Shown piece by piece: positions 34,811 to 48,439 of a DNA stretch of 64,000 bases. Under the pieces are notes generated by a model. It saw nothing but the letters and a program-made list of their open reading frames with translations. It had not been told where the DNA came from and did no database searches. Origin of the DNA: Mustelus asterias (Eukaryota); NCBI RefSeq assembly GCF_964213995.1, contig NW_027590213.1, positions 310,001 through 374,000 of the forward strand. The letters are read 5' to 3'. The translations under genes were made by a program, and so were the position numbers. How positions within the stretch are numbered: position 1 is the first letter of the stretch; every line of letters begins with the position of its first letter.

Positions 34811-37600
34811 CCTCTTTTTAGGCCAAATCAAATAAACAAACTCAGATTAAGTCAGGACAAAGTAAAAGGGGCAGCTCCCCAAAAGGAGGGGGAACAGTCC
34901 GAACAGAAATCAAAGTACAAAGGAAACTTTAAAAGATCAAATTAAAATGTGATTATTAGGGTCGATAACGCACCCCAACCCCTGCCGTGCCCAACGGGCG
35001 TGGAAGGCATCAACCGCGCCCATGGACACCGCCTGCTCCCTCTCCACGGAGAGCTGGCCGCGAACGCCACCACGGTAGAGGGGAAGACAGTCAGGATGGA
35101 CGACCCCCGCGATCGCCCGCTGCCTGGACCGGTAAATGGCGCGTTTCACCAGGCTTAGGAGCAGGTTCACAAGGAGGTCACCATCCCGACCCTCCCCTCT
35201 CCACACCGGGTGTCCGTGGATCAGGAGCGTGGGACTGAAGTGCAAACAGAACATCAATAAAAGGTTCTTCAGGAAAACATAAAGTTAGTGCAGCCTAAGA
35301 CACTCAACATAGACATGGTCCACGGACTCCACAAGGCCGCAGAAAGGGCAGTCTTCGGAGCCCGTGAACCAGTGAATCCTACGGTTGTGCGGAACTGCTG
35401 CATGCATCACCCTCCACCCCAGGTCCCCGACGTAATTGGGGGAGATCCCTCCGTAGAGGGACCTCCACCGCCCGGCGGCAACAAGGCCCGCCAAGGTGTA
35501 TCCGGGTGACAGGCGAGGAGGCGGTAGTGGAAGGTGTGCAGCAGCAGCCCGCACAGGAGACGCCTCCGCGCGGTAGAAAAAGGCATTGAGGGCATTTCCG
35601 CGAGGCAGCTCAGGCTGTGGGGCACCTCACCCAGGGGAGGGGGCTGAGGCTTTGGTCCAATGTGGAATTCCGCCCGAACAGGGGAACGCTCGGGCGGGAT
35701 CCCACTGCACGCCTGCGCCGTCTCGAGTTTGCGTGCAGTTTCGGGGCCGAGCACGACCGTCCTAAGGTCTAGGATGGCTTTGGCCGCGTGCCGAACGGAC
35801 ATCCCCGCGCGCTCAGCCAGCACGCGGGGACTCATCCAGCCCGCTCCTCCGCCATCGAGCACGTCCCCGATTCTGGTCACCCCGGCGTCCACAGCCCCCC
35901 TCTCCGCCAGCCACCTGAAGTCATACGGCTGGAGGAGCGGATTCCTGAGCAGCGGCTCTCGCACGAGAGCCGCTACTCCTGACGGGGGAGAGCTGCGTCG
36001 CGAGGCGACCGTGTTCCAGACAGTGAGGAGGTCCTGGTAAAAGATGGGCAACTCCTGCAGGGCGGTCGAAGCACGCCCCAGTTCGATATGCAGGAGCTGC
36101 ACGTCATAATTGAGACCGTGCCACTGGCGGAAGAAATACGTCGCCATGGCACACCACTGTGGAGGGGGCTCAACGTAAAGGTACCTCTGCAGGGCCTGGA
36201 GGCGGAAGGTCGCTATCTGAGTGCGGAGGCACACCAGACCTTGTCCGCCCTCCTCAAGCGGGAGATGCAGAACCGCAGCAGGGACCCAGTGCAGTTGATT
36301 GTCCCAGAAGAACCGCAGGAGGGTTCTCTGGATATCAGTGACAAAGCCAGGGGGAGGGGTCAAAGGGACCAGCCGGTACCACAGCATGGAGGCGACCAGC
36401 TGGTTTATGACGCGAACTTGTGCCCCGTAGGACAGCACTCGGAGCAGTCCTGTCCAGCGACTCAGGCGGGCGGAGACTTTGGCCTCCAGCTCCCGCCAGT
36501 TCGCCGGCCAGGATTCCTCGGCTGGGCAGAGATGGGCCCCCAAGTAGAGGAGGTTGGTCCTGCTCCAGGTGAAAGGCCTGAGCTCCTCCGGAAGGGGGTC
36601 CGTCTCCCAAGGACCGACAAGAGTCCGGAGCACTTGGCCCAGTTGATCCTGGCGGAGGACGCGGCGGAGTACACCGCCTGGCATTCTCGCATCCTCCGCA
36701 GGTCAGCCGGGTCCGTGAACATGAGGAGCACGTCGTCAGCGTAAGCTGACAGGACCACCCCTACGTCCGGTCCACGCAGGGCCAAACCTGACAACCTCCT
36801 CCGCAAGAGGCGCAGGAATGGCTCCACGCATACGGAATACAGTTGGCCGGACAAGGGGCAGCCCTGCCGTACTCCTCTCCCGAAGCGAAGGGGTGCCGTC
36901 AGGGACCCGTTAACCTTAATCAGACACTCTGCGGCAGAGTACAGTAATCGGATCCGGGCGACAAAATGCGTCCCGAACCCGAATGCCCGCAGAGTCCCGA
37001 GTAAATACTCGTGCTCCACCCTGTCGAACGCCTTCTCCTGATCTAATTACAAGAAGGCGCCCGACAGACCAGCCCTCTGGGTGTGATGGATTAGGTCCCG
37101 GACCAGGTGGAGATTGTCATGTATGCAACGGCCCGGGACCGTGTAGGACTGGTCAGGGTGGATCAAGTGGTCCAGCACGGATCCAAGGCGTGAAGCCATA
37201 GCCCTGGCAAATATTTTACAATCCGTGCTGAGGAGGGAGACCGGGCGCCAGTTATTGAGCAGGTGGAGATCCCCCTTCTTGGGCAGCAGGGCAATGACGG
37301 CCCTGCGCCACGAAAGGGGCATCTCCCCGGTAGCGACGCTCTCCCCCAGGACGCCCGCGTAGTCGCTCCCCAGGACGTCCCAGAACGCCCTGAAGAACTC
37401 TGTCAGCCCGTCCAGCCCAGGGGCCTTGCCCCGGCTGAGCCCATTTAGGGCGCCGGTCAGCTCGGCCATGGTGGTAGGGGCCTCGAGCCTGCCGACGCCC
37501 TCCGGGCTGACCTGCGGCACGTCCTCCCACAGAGGAGTGCGGGCATCCTCGCTGGACGGATCCGGAGAGAAGAGCGAGGTGTAATACTCCCGGGCAATGG
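34811..37600 (-). mobile_element. Tx1-clade non-LTR retrotransposon, defective copy C (RT and 3' end)
   Basis: Near-identical to 51332-54138 but with a stop near 37047 and small deletions; ORFs 36462-37019 (YADD) and 35407-36684. Confidence 0.92.
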
Positions 37601-38135
37601 CAATTCGGGGGGGGGCAATTCGGGGGGGGCCATTCGGGGGGGGGCCATTCGGGGGGGGGGCCATTCGGGGGGGGGGGGGGCCATTCGGGGGGGGGGCCAT
37701 TCGGGGGGGGGGCCATTCGGGGGGGCGCAATTCGGGGGGGGGCAATTCGGGGGGGGGCAATGCCCGGGGGGGCAATGCCCGGGGGGGGGGCAATGCCCGG
37801 GGGGGGGCAATTCGGGGGGGGCAATTCGGGGGGGGGGGGCAATTCGGGGGGGGGGGGCAATTCGGGGGGGGGGCAATTCCCGGGGGGGGGGCAATGCCCG
37901 GGGGGGGGGGCAATGCCCGGGGGGGCAATGCCCGGGGGGGGGCAATGCCCGGGGGGGGGCAATGCCCGGGGGGGGGCAATGCCCGGGGGGGGGGCAATGC
38001 CGGGGGGGGGGCAATGCCGGGGGGGGGGCAATGCCCGGGGGGGGGGCAATACGGGGGGGGCAATGCCGGGGGGGGGCAATGCCGGGGGGGGGGGCAATGC
38101 CGGGGGGGGGGGGGCAATGCCGGGGGGGGGGGGAC
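37597..38135. repeat. G-rich low-complexity repeat (GGCAATGCCCG(n)) next to an assembly gap
   Basis: Variable G-runs; the unit resembles adjacent Tx1 sequence GGGCAATGGCCCGG. Confidence 0.8.
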
Positions 38136-38211
38136 AAAGCCCAGGGGGGGGAAGATTGAGACAGAGAGAAAGAAAGAGCGAGAGAGAAAGAGCGAGAGAG
38201 AAAGAGAAAGA

Positions 38212-38995
38212 NNNNNNNNNNNNNNNNNNNNNNNNNNNNNNNNNNNNNNNNNNNNNNNNNNNNNNNNNNNNNNNNNNNNNNNNNNNNNNNNNNNNNNNNN
38301 NNNNNNNNNNNNNNNNNNNNNNNNNNNNNNNNNNNNNNNNNNNNNNNNNNNNNNNNNNNNNNNNNNNNNNNNNNNNNNNNNNNNNNNNNNNNNNNNNNNN
38401 NNNNNNNNNNNNNNNNNNNNNNNNNNNNNNNNNNNNNNNNNNNNNNNNNNNNNNNNNNNNNNNNNNNNNNNNNNNNNNNNNNNNNNNNNNNNNNNNNNNN
38501 NNNNNNNNNNNNNNNNNNNNNNNNNNNNNNNNNNNNNNNNNNNNNNNNNNNNNNNNNNNNNNNNNNNNNNNNNNNNNNNNNNNNNNNNNNNNNNNNNNNN
38601 NNNNNNNNNNNNNNNNNNNNNNNNNNNNNNNNNNNNNNNNNNNNNNNNNNNNNNNNNNNNNNNNNNNNNNNNNNNNNNNNNNNNNNNNNNNNNNNNNNNN
38701 NNNNNNNNNNNNNNNNNNNNNNNNNNNNNNNNNNNNNNNNNNNNNNNNNNNNNNNNNNNNNNNNNNNNNNNNNNNNNNNNNNNNNNNNNNNGAAAGATTG
38801 AGAAAGACAGAGCGAAAGATTGAGAGAGAGATTGAGAGAAAGATTGAGAGACAGAAAGATTGAGANNNNNNNNNNNNNNNNNNNNNNNNNNNNNNNNNNN
38901 NNNNNNNNNNNNNNNNNNNNNNNNNNNNNNNNNNNNNNNNNNNNNNNNNNNNNNNNNNNNNNNNNNNNNNNNNNNNNNNNNNNNNNNNNNNNNNN
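38212..38995. other. Assembly gaps (N 38212-38791 and 38866-38995) within a GA-rich repeat
   Basis: N runs in the sequence. Confidence 0.99.
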
Positions 38996-40899
38996 GATTG
39001 AGACATAGAAAGATTGAGAGATAGAAAGATTGAGAGATAGAAAGATTGAGAGATAGAAAGACAGAGATTGAGAGAGAGATTGAGAGAGAGAAAGGTTGAA
39101 AGAGAGAAAGATGGAGAGGGAGATTGAGAGGAGGCTGCAAACAGAGAGAAAAGCAGGGCTGAGGCGGGAAAGGTGCGGACAGAAAGTGAAGAGGTTCATA
39201 CTCACCATCGCACATGTTTTCCCTCGGTGATCTCTCCAACTCCTTCCATCCCCTCTCCCATGGTGGGGAGAGAGATCCTTGGCCAGGGGCTTTGTGCTGG
39301 GAAAGGGGGGGTTACAATATCAGAGCTGGAACTCCATGCAAGCACACACTGACTCACTCACAAAGACACAGCTTACCTGATACTTACCAACCCACGTGTA
39401 GAGAGAGACTGGACAATGCATCGCCAGCCTTTTTATAACCTCACTGAGTCCCACACCTCCCCAATCAATCCTTATCCAACCACAGCTCCTCCACCTCACC
39501 TGAACACACCTCCTCCTACCTGGCCCAGTCCAACACCAACCTGTCTCTGACTGTGTGGGGGGGGTGTTTGTGTGTGGGGGTTAGTGAGCACCAGGCAAAT
39601 GGTTTATCCCAAGGCTCTCCCTCCCCCCCACTCCCAGCTTCACATCACCAGCACTGGGAGCTGAGAGAAGATGGGTTTCAATTAACTCGCAGCCCTGCAC
39701 TGCCAGAGAGAGAGAGAGGCCAGGTCTGAATGTGGATTGTACAACTTGTTCATCCAGGACTCCATCTGCTACAGGTTTGCACCCTTTGCTGATTCTTGCA
39801 AAATTCACTTTTCCTTAAGTTGCCTGAACTGAAACAATATCTTGCAAAGTTCTTTGTTGCTGCGTTTACAAATCCCAGTTCTGATTTACAATCTGCCTGT
39901 TGTCTGTCCGGGTGTCTGAATGTGTGTGTGTGCCCTGTGCTTAGTGGTTAATAATTCACCAGAGATCAGAGCTGCAAAATAAAGCGTTTCAACTTTTTTT
40001 AACAGAAGCACTGTCTGGGGGAGGGGAGGGAGAGAATGAGAGTGAAGTTTCTGTCTGATGAATGCTGTAAATGTGTCTTTAACCAGCAGCTCTGCAGAGA
40101 GACAGATGCAGGATTTTAAACTCTCTGGGAGCTGCAGGCAGGGACTCACACACACACACACACACAGATAGACATCAGCTCCTGTTTCACACCAACAACC
40201 AGGCTGGAGTCTATGCAGCTAATTTCCATCCAGAAATGTACTTGATCCATGAAGTCAGTGAGGGCTACATTCCCATGACTTCCCATTCAGTCCAATCCAG
40301 TTCAGTTTGTTGGAATGCAGTGTGGGAGCCTCTGAGGGAGTTTGGCTCGGGGGGGGGGGGGGGTTCACTTTTCTCTCATTCAATCTCTCCTGCCTTCCAC
40401 CCTCTCACAGACCTTCCTTTCGTCCCTGTCCCACCCGCCCCTTTCTCCAAACCTGTTACATTCCTAACTTTCCCCAGTTCACAGGAAAGGTCACAGAGCT
40501 GAAATGTTAACTCTGTTTCTCTCTCTCTCTGCACAGATGCTGCCGAACCTGCTGAGTTTAATCCCAGCATTTCCCTGTTTTCTAAGATTTCACAGAATAG
40601 TGTTGGTGCAGGAGGAGGCCATTTGGCCCATCGTGTCTGCACCAGCTCTCCAATGTGCTGTTAAATCAGAGATTGGTGTAAAACTGGGATCTGTTCCTGA
40701 CTGAGAGCGAAACGGCAGCTTTACATTTCCAACCTGAAAATAACTGGCCAATATTTTGTGCAGATTGTTCCCAGTTCCTTGCTTGTGGTCTATCCCTAAC
40801 TGCCCTTGAACTGAGCAGCTTGCTTGCTGGGCCATTCCAGAGTCAACCACATCGTGTGGACCTGGATTCACATGAAAGACTTACAGGTACTACCAGACC

Positions 40900-41380
40900 T
40901 GCTGTATCACTGTGTAATCCAACAATTAATCCAGTTCCCCTGGATTCCTGCTCTGTAACATATCACTGTGTAATCCAACAATTAATCCAGTTCCCCTGGA
41001 TTACTGCTCTGTAACATATCACTGTGTAATCTAACAATTAAAGCAGTTTTCCTACATTAATGCTCTGTATCACTTCACTGTGTGATCTAACAATTAATCC
41101 AGTTCTCCTGATTTATGTTTCCCTGTATCAATGTGTAATGGAACCCACTCCTGATACCGTGATCACACAAACACGGTGAGGGAGCTCCCTCTGGTGGTGA
41201 TCTGAGGTAAATGGCCTCTGCTTGGGAGATCAGTGAATTCTCAGACTACTGGAGGATCTTTCTTGTTGCAGGATTACGCTGCTGTATTTTTCTTAGGAAT
41301 AAGAAAAATACGCTCTGTAACATATCACTGTGTAATCCAACAATTACTCCAGTTCTCCTGGATTACTGCTCTGTAACATA
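40900..41380. repeat. 56-bp minisatellite
   Basis: CACTGTG-containing unit starts at 40908, 40964, 41020 and 41076, with an isolated copy at 41326. Confidence 0.8.
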
Positions 41381-41459
41381 ATACGTAATACGCTGTAATT
41401 CAGTAATACGCTGTATTCAGTGTAATCCGGCAACAAGATCCTCCAGCAATTATAAATTG

Positions 41460-42270
41460 CCCCTCTGGAACTTTTGTATCTCTCCCCTCTCACCTTAAAC
41501 CTGTGCCCTCTAGTTTTAGACTCCCCTACCTTTGGGAAAAGATATTGACTATCTAGCTGATCTGTGCCCCTCATTATTTTATAGACCTCTATAACATCAC
41601 TCCTCAGCCTCCTACGCTCCAGAGAAAAAAGTCCCAGTCTATCCAGCCTCTCCTTATAACTCAATCCATCAAGTCCCGGTCGCATCCTAGTAAATCTTTT
41701 CTGCACTCTTTCTAATGTAATAATATCCTTTCTATAATAGGGTGACCAGAACTGTACACAGTATTCCAAGCGTGGCCTCACCAATGTCTTGTCCAACTTC
41801 AACAAGACGTCCCAACTCCTGTATTCTATGTTCTGACCAATGAAACCAAGCATGCCGATGCCTTTTTCACCACTCTGTCCACCTGTGACTCCACTTTCAA
41901 GGAGCTATGAACCTGTACCCCTAGATCTCTTTGTTCTGTAACTCTCCCCAGCGCCCTACCATTAACTGTGTAAGTCCTGCCCTGGTTCGATCTACCAAAA
42001 TGCATCACCTCGCATTTGTCTAAATTAAACTCCATCTGCCATTCGTCAGCGCACTGGTCCAATTGATCAAGATCCCGTTGCAATCAGAGATAACTTTCTT
42101 CACTGTCCACTATGCCACCAATCTTGGTGTCATCTGCAAACCATGCCACCTATATTCTCATCCAAATCATTAATATACATGACAAATAACAGTGGACCCA
42201 GCACTGATCCCTGAGGCATATCGCTGGCCACAGACCTCCAGTTTTAAAGAAAGCCCTCTACAACCACACT
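41460..42270 (-). mobile_element. CR1 RT/3' fragment
   Basis: ORFs 41826-42083 and 41344-41853 (VRPRLEYCVQFWSP). Confidence 0.9.
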
Positions 42271-43155
42271 CTAGAACATAGAACATTACAGCGCAGTACA
42301 GGCCCTTCGGCCCTCGATGTTGCGCCGACCAGTGGACCCAATCTAAAGCCCATCTAACCTACACTATTCCCATATCATCCTTATGTTTATCCAATGACCA
42401 TTTAAATGATTGATTGGTTTCTAGATGTTGAAAATATCAAGGGATATGGGTTTAGTGTGGGGAGAATGATGCTGAGGTAGATGAATGAATTATCTCATTG
42501 AATAGTTTAAAAGGCTCGATGAGCCAAATGGCCGACTGCAACTCCTCGTTGTCATGGTCTCTGTGTCCAGGACAGGAAGCAGTGAGCATGGATCTGTCAA
42601 TCAGCCTCAATCAGCACCTTCAGGAGAATTGGGAGGGTGAATATTAGATACAGCAGAGTGAGAATGGAGGGAGAGTGTGTGGGATGGAGATTTACAGCTT
42701 TTGAGGAATGGGAGAGGAAAGAATGTTCCATAGAAACTAGAATTGTCTTTTCTGAATTTCTATCCTGTCCTGACAATGATGACTTTTGTAAACTTGTTTT
42801 ACAGGATATTGAAAGAGGAATCACAGGCCGAAATCTCAAACGTCACGTCGAGATCTGACATAGTCATATTCCTTGGGAGCTGAATATCATCGTCCTTTGA
42901 ATCTAGAAAGAGAAATTGTTGTCCAGTCTGTTGATTTGAAAAGATTTCAAACATCAGTGTGACTGGAAAAGCAGCAACACACTGCCACACTCGAGTGAGT
43001 GTGTTCCAATACACTGACTAAAGAGCTTTAACCAGTTACACAGCCTGAATAAATATCACACCATTCACAGCAGGGAGAGACTGTACCCGTGTTCTGTGTG
43101 TGGACGAGGCTTCAACTGATTGTCCACCCAAGAGAGAGGCAAGGACACCTGCACC

Positions 43156-44250
43156 ATGGAGAAACCATGGAAATGTGCGGACTGTGGGAAGAGATACAGA
43201 TACCCAACTGAGCTGGAAGCTCATCGGCGCAGCCACACTGGGGAGAGACCATTCACGTGCTCTCAGTGTGGGAAGGGATTCACTCAGTCATTCAACCTGC
43301 AGAGACACCAGCGAGTTCACACTGGGGAGAGGCCGTTCACCTGCTCTCAGTGTGGGGAGGGATTCACTTCTTCATCCCACCTGCGGAGGCACCAGCGAGT
43401 TCACACTGGAGAGGGGCCGTTCACCTGCTCTCAGTGTGGGGAGGGATTCACTTCTTCATCCTACCTGCGGAGGCACCAGCGAGTTCACACTGGGGAGAGG
43501 CCGTTCACCTGCTCTCAGTGTGGGAAGGGATTCACTCGGTCATCCAGCCTGCGGACACACGAGCGAGTTCATACTGGGGAGAGGCCGTTCACGTGTTCTC
43601 AGTGTGGGGAGGGATTCACTCGGTCATTCAGCCTGCGGGCACACGAGCGAGTTCACACTGGGGAGAGGCCATGCACCTGCTCTCAGTGTGGGAAGGGATT
43701 CTGTGACTCATCCCGCCTGCTGAGACACCAGCAAGTTCACACTGGGGAGAGGCCGTTCACCTGCTCTCAATGTGAGAAGAGATTCACTCGATTATCCAGC
43801 CTGCTGAGACACCAGCGAGTTCACACTGGAGAGAAGCCGTTCACCTGCTCTGTTTGTGGGAAGGGATTCAGTCAATCATCTAACCTGCAGAGACACACGC
43901 AAGTTCACACTGGGGAGAAACCGTTCATCTGCTTTCATTGTGGGAAAGGATTCACTCTGTCTTCGAACCTGCGGACACACCAGCGAGTTCACACTGGAGA
44001 GAGGCCGTTCACTTGCTCTGTGTGTGGGAAGGGATTCACTCAGTTATCCACCCTTCAGTCACACCAACGTGTTCACACTGGGGAGAGACCATTCACCTGC
44101 TCTGTATGTGAGAAGGGATTCACTCAGTTATCTGCCCTGCAGTCACACCAGCGAGTTCACACTGGGGAGAAACCATTCACCTGCTCTGAGTGTGGGAAGG
44201 GATTCAGTGTTTTATCCACCCTGCACAGACACCAGCAAGTTCACGAGTGA
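43156..44250 (+). CDS. Tandem C2H2 zinc-finger protein, 13 fingers
   Basis: [10 protein letters not shown].. followed by repeated HTGE(R/K)PFTC linkers; CACCATGG start context; acceptor TTTTACAG at ~42804. Confidence 0.85.
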   Translation: MEKPWKCADCGKRYRYPTELEAHRRSHTGERPFTCSQCGKGFTQSFNLQRHQRVHTGERPFTCSQCGEGFTSSSHLRRHQRVHTGEGPFTCSQCGEGFTSSSYLRRHQRVHTGERPFTCSQCGKGFTRSSSLRTHERVHTGERPFTCSQCGEGFTRSFSLRAHERVHTGERPCTCSQCGKGFCDSSRLLRHQQVHTGERPFTCSQCEKRFTRLSSLLRHQRVHTGEKPFTCSVCGKGFSQSSNLQRHTQVHTGEKPFICFHCGKGFTLSSNLRTHQRVHTGERPFTCSVCGKGFTQLSTLQSHQRVHTGERPFTCSVCEKGFTQLSALQSHQRVHTGEKPFTCSECGKGFSVLSTLHRHQQVHE

Positions 44251-46249
44251 TTCCAGGGGTTGGATTCTGCTGTTATTGTTCCTGCTCTCAATTATACCAG
44301 GACTGCATTTTGTTCATTCTCACAGTTGGTCAATGGGGAGGGTCGGAGGGTTTCTTCCTGCTGGACTGGCCGGTCTCACAACTTTGCCTCCAGTGGGCTG
44401 ATGCTCTTTGAGCCTTGTTGCGAATACCTGGTTTCAGATTTCACAAGGATCACAGAGTGACAGGTGATATGAAGTTAAGAGATATTTAGTCAGCATTTTT
44501 GTTTGAAACCCCTCAATGCCCGTCCAATTTCCTTTGAAATTATTTATTGTCTCCACTTCCTCAACCCTCCTAGGCAGCGAGTTCCAGGTCATTACCATTT
44601 GCTGCATCAAAATATTCTTCCTCACATCCCCCCCTGCTTCTCTGACCCAAAACGTCAAATCTGTGACCCCCTCGTCCTTGTCCCGTCAGCTAATGGGAAC
44701 AGCTTTTCTTTGTCCACCTTATCTAAACCTGTCAGAATCTTGTCCACCTCTATCAAATCTCCCCTCAACCTCCTTTGTTCCAAGGGGAAAAACCCCAGCC
44801 TAACATCGACAATATAAGGAACAAGCTAACAGAATATGTTAATACCTGAAATCAAATGGGAATGTTTAATTTCTGTTTTAAAGATATTGTGAATATATTG
44901 TCCTGGACAATAAAGGAATTGGAATAACTCACCTTGGGTGTGGTTGAATGGAATATATCAATCTGGTATCCACCTACATTCTAGTGAAAGTGTGGAATGT
45001 GTAGCTGGAACTCCCTCCCTAACAGCACTGTGGGTGTACTTACACCTCAGGCATTGTAGCAGTTCAGGAAGGCAGTGTTGGGGTTGACCACGGCCGAGGC
45101 AGCTACATACAGCCACATATTCTGTTATAATTGAAGGACTGCAGATTGAATGTGAGGCATTGTGGGACTGGACTATCTTGACCACATTCCTGTGACTGCT
45201 CAGTTTCTGCAATCACGGACCATTAAAGCTGCTTAGCAGGGCCCTGACAGAGGACCTGGTGAGAATATTTATTCATAATGAGTTAGAATTAAACTTATTC
45301 CAGGATTGGCTGGTGTTCAGTGGCTGAGATACCCGAATCTGTAAAAAGGGGATCTGACCAATCATCAAACAGCAGTAGGTAGTTGGTTCAGAAGTTAAGA
45401 AGCGTTCTCAGGCATCGTATCAATTATTTTATCATAAAGTTGTGAGGGACTTGTGACCTGATAGTCGGTGAAGTGACGGTACACTCCAAGTCGCACTGGA
45501 CTGAAAAGCGGATCTCTGAGAGTAGATTCTAATGGTTCTAATCCTACCATTCGATGGAACAAAAAACAGTTTGAGTGATAATAGAGGAGAATTAAGCATC
45601 TTGTATCTTATTTTAATCAAGGAGTTGTGAGCTTGTAGTGCTCTGTTGCTTTCAGAAGCTATCGCTGCAAGAGAGAGTGCTGAGGATTCATTGTTTGAAA
45701 TTTATGAGATGGGAGAACCTGTGTGTTTTGTTTGTTTTATGTGGATGTTTGTAGATGTGTTTTATCATTGTTTTGGGCTACATTTGTTAAGGTTTATCTT
45801 TCTGGGGATTTAATCTGATTTTGAGTCTTTAATTAAAGGTATTTCTGGAAGTTTAAAAACAGAACTACAAGAACGCTTAGGGAATTAATTTGGTCATTGT
45901 TGTAAAGCACATGCTAAGTTTCTCTGCTTGTGTGTGGATGATATTTGTGGGTTGAATGCTTCAAGCCTTGAGGATTTCTGTCTGTGATTTAAATCAAACA
46001 GATTTTAAAAACGAAGTGTACTTAAGATTTTTTTTCAAACTCTATGACCGTGGAGCCATATTTAATGGCCAGAGGCCTGATTCCAGGATATTTTGCTAAA
46101 CATGCAGGAATTTTAATCCGGATACAACTCACACATTTAAGAATGAGAGTTTTAATTTGTCATGCTTAGTTACAATTTGAGACATGTGAAATGATTCTGA
46201 CCAATCCTGTACTGGATTGATCTTTGGTTAAACTTCCTGTCAGAGTTGA

Positions 46250-46795
46250 GAGGGTTGGCTTATGAGGAGAGACTGAGTGGACTGGGACGATACTCATTGG
46301 AATTCAGATGAATGAGAGGAGCTCTTGTCGAAACATATAAAATTATGAAATATGGTAAATATAAAATTATGGGAATCGATTGGAAACAGGGAGGTTGTTT
46401 CCACTGGCAGGTGAAACTCGAACTGGGGGGCATTGCCTCAAAATAAGGGGGAGCAGATTTAGGACTGAATCGAGGAGGAACTTCTTCATCCAAAGTCTGT
46501 TTATTTATTATTTATTAATCACAAATCAGGCTTACATTAACACTACAGTGAAGTTACTGTGAAATTCCCCGAGTTGCCACACTCCGGCGCCTTCTGTGAC
46601 ATTCCCTGCCAGTGCTTGTTGAATGTTTTTAAGGCAAGGATAGATAAATTCTTGAACAGTAAAGGAATTAAGGGTTATGGTGAGCGGGCAGGTAAATGAA
46701 GCTGAGTCCACGAAATGATCAGCCATGATCTTATTGAATGGCGCAGAGAACGTGAGGGGCCAGATGGCCTACTCCTGCTCCTAATTCTTATGTAA
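46250..46795 (+). mobile_element. CR1 3' fragment with an inserted partial SINE
   Basis: YEERL..RGAL.ETYK remnant, ORF 46380-46562; SINE tail at 46495-46595. Confidence 0.65.
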
Positions 46796-47334
46796 GGTCG
46801 AAAGATTTATTCCTGACGCAATGAAAAGGGAAATTCCGGAATTGGATACTGAACAAGAGAGTTTAAAAGGAGAGCTTATTCAATAGAAATGTTTCCCAGA
46901 CCGTGTGGTCATTCGATTAAAACAAAGGAAGGGTGCTGACGTCCATTTGAGAACTTTTAGTCCACCCCTTTTCAAACTAAGGGATTCTATGTACAAAGAA
47001 AGCCCAAGCTAAGGTGGTCTGGAAAACATCATGATGGGGGCATCAATCTGTTCATGAGATGATCACAAAGCCCCATGATGCCCAGTACTGATTTCATTGG
47101 ACCGATATATAATGTATGTAATCTATCACCATTCTGATTGGATTGTGTCCAGCTGGGATGGGCTGAGTAACTGGATAAGAATTGATGATATTCTTTGTTG
47201 GGTGGAGTTACACATGGTCAGTCCCTGTGGCTTCTCCCCGCTGGCGTAACTCAATAAACTGTTTGTCAATTGAATCAGGTTTGAATGTTGAATGATTCTT
47301 CTGAGTTCATTCCCCAAAACACACTGGGTACATT

Positions 47335-48221
47335 ACCGCTGGAGACCAGGTATCACCAAAACCTTCAGACAATACAACGACTCATGAAAGCCAGTGTCCC
47401 AGTTTAAAGACACATCTTTTATCTGACTAACAATCGAAGGGAGAAATTATTGGACAGTGAAATGCCTCTCTAGAAGAGAAGCATCCTTATCTCTCCAATA
47501 ACTCTGACGTACAATGCTTCGGCTGGATCAATTATACATTCTCCATCAGAAATTCTCCTGCCTTTCATTAGGTGTGAACAAATCATTTTCTATACAAATA
47601 AATCCTTAATTACACGTCATATACTTTAGCCAATTGCATTTTATCCTCTGACACAATGGGATTTAGTGGTCAGTAGAATCCAGACACTTCGTCTCCCTAT
47701 TGCTTAGCAACGCCAGACGCTTAGCTACAAAGGTCAAAGTTAATGTTCCCACCGGCTCTTACTCCGCCACTGGCCAAACCAGACAAATGCACGTTCTCAT
47801 GTCTGAGAAGACACTGTCTTATCTGGACAGTGTGAATCAATCCTATTCATGAAGCTGCCTTGAGAACCTTTCTGTTAGAAACTTCGCTGATAAAGGTTGT
47901 CACATTCTGTGGCTTCATTGTTCTGAAGAATGTAGCCTGTCTGTAAGTGTCCCTGTACCATCATGCCTTGCAGCAGCCTGCCTTTGGCTAAAGTTTACAA
48001 TTGCTTTTAAAAATACAGCTCACATACATTTTAAAATCAGAAAATTCATGTTTAAATCAGAATTAATTGTTTAAATCTTTTACTACGTTCGTGTGTGTAG
48101 ACTGGTCCCTTGTTAGCTTCTGTGTCTGATTTAGTCATTTAACTCAATGCTGGTAGTTCTGTTCGTGTCCGAAATGCCGAATGGTTTATAATTTCTCGAA
48201 TCTATTAGGAATTTTCTCCAA
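47335..48221 (-). mobile_element. LTR related to 25127-26039
   Basis: Shared blocks GCCAGTGTC(T/C)CAGTTTAAAGAC, TTATCTGGACAGTG, CTGCCTTTGGC and AATGCTGGTAGTTCTGT; ends ..CCAACA. Confidence 0.6.
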
Positions 48222-48439
48222 CAGCTTGCCATTGCGGAGCTCGGAGTACAGCACTTGTTTCAGGAGTCTTGTCTGGGACTTGCAGACAATGTGGCCCGCC
48301 CATCACAGCTGGTCAAGTGAGACCGCACAGTCCAGCAGAAAGAAACACTCCAATCCTCCCACTCCACTGTCAGAATGAACATGGCTCAGTCCTGGATGTG
48401 ATTAACTGCAGCAATAACAGCAAAATCCAATCCCTGTCA

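Noticed and set aside
37047-39239. Long Pro-rich and Gly-rich ORFs (367-730 aa)
   Set aside because: They are read through a G-run low-complexity tract and N gaps. The tract abuts a gap and derives from adjacent Tx1 sequence, so it is probably a sequencing or assembly artefact. G-quadruplex function is not claimed.
40900-41380. Repeated CACTGTG heptamers as a second RSS array
   Set aside because: No recognisable nonamer accompanies the heptamers and no V, D or J is adjacent; an ordinary 56-bp minisatellite.
43100-44401. Alternative-frame ORFs over the zinc-finger and retrotransposon genes
   Set aside because: Shadow ORFs of repetitive or GC-rich coding sequence.
45160-47330. Possible LTR-retrotransposon or ERV internal remnants
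   Set aside because: No convincing gag/pol motif or primer-binding site could be read.
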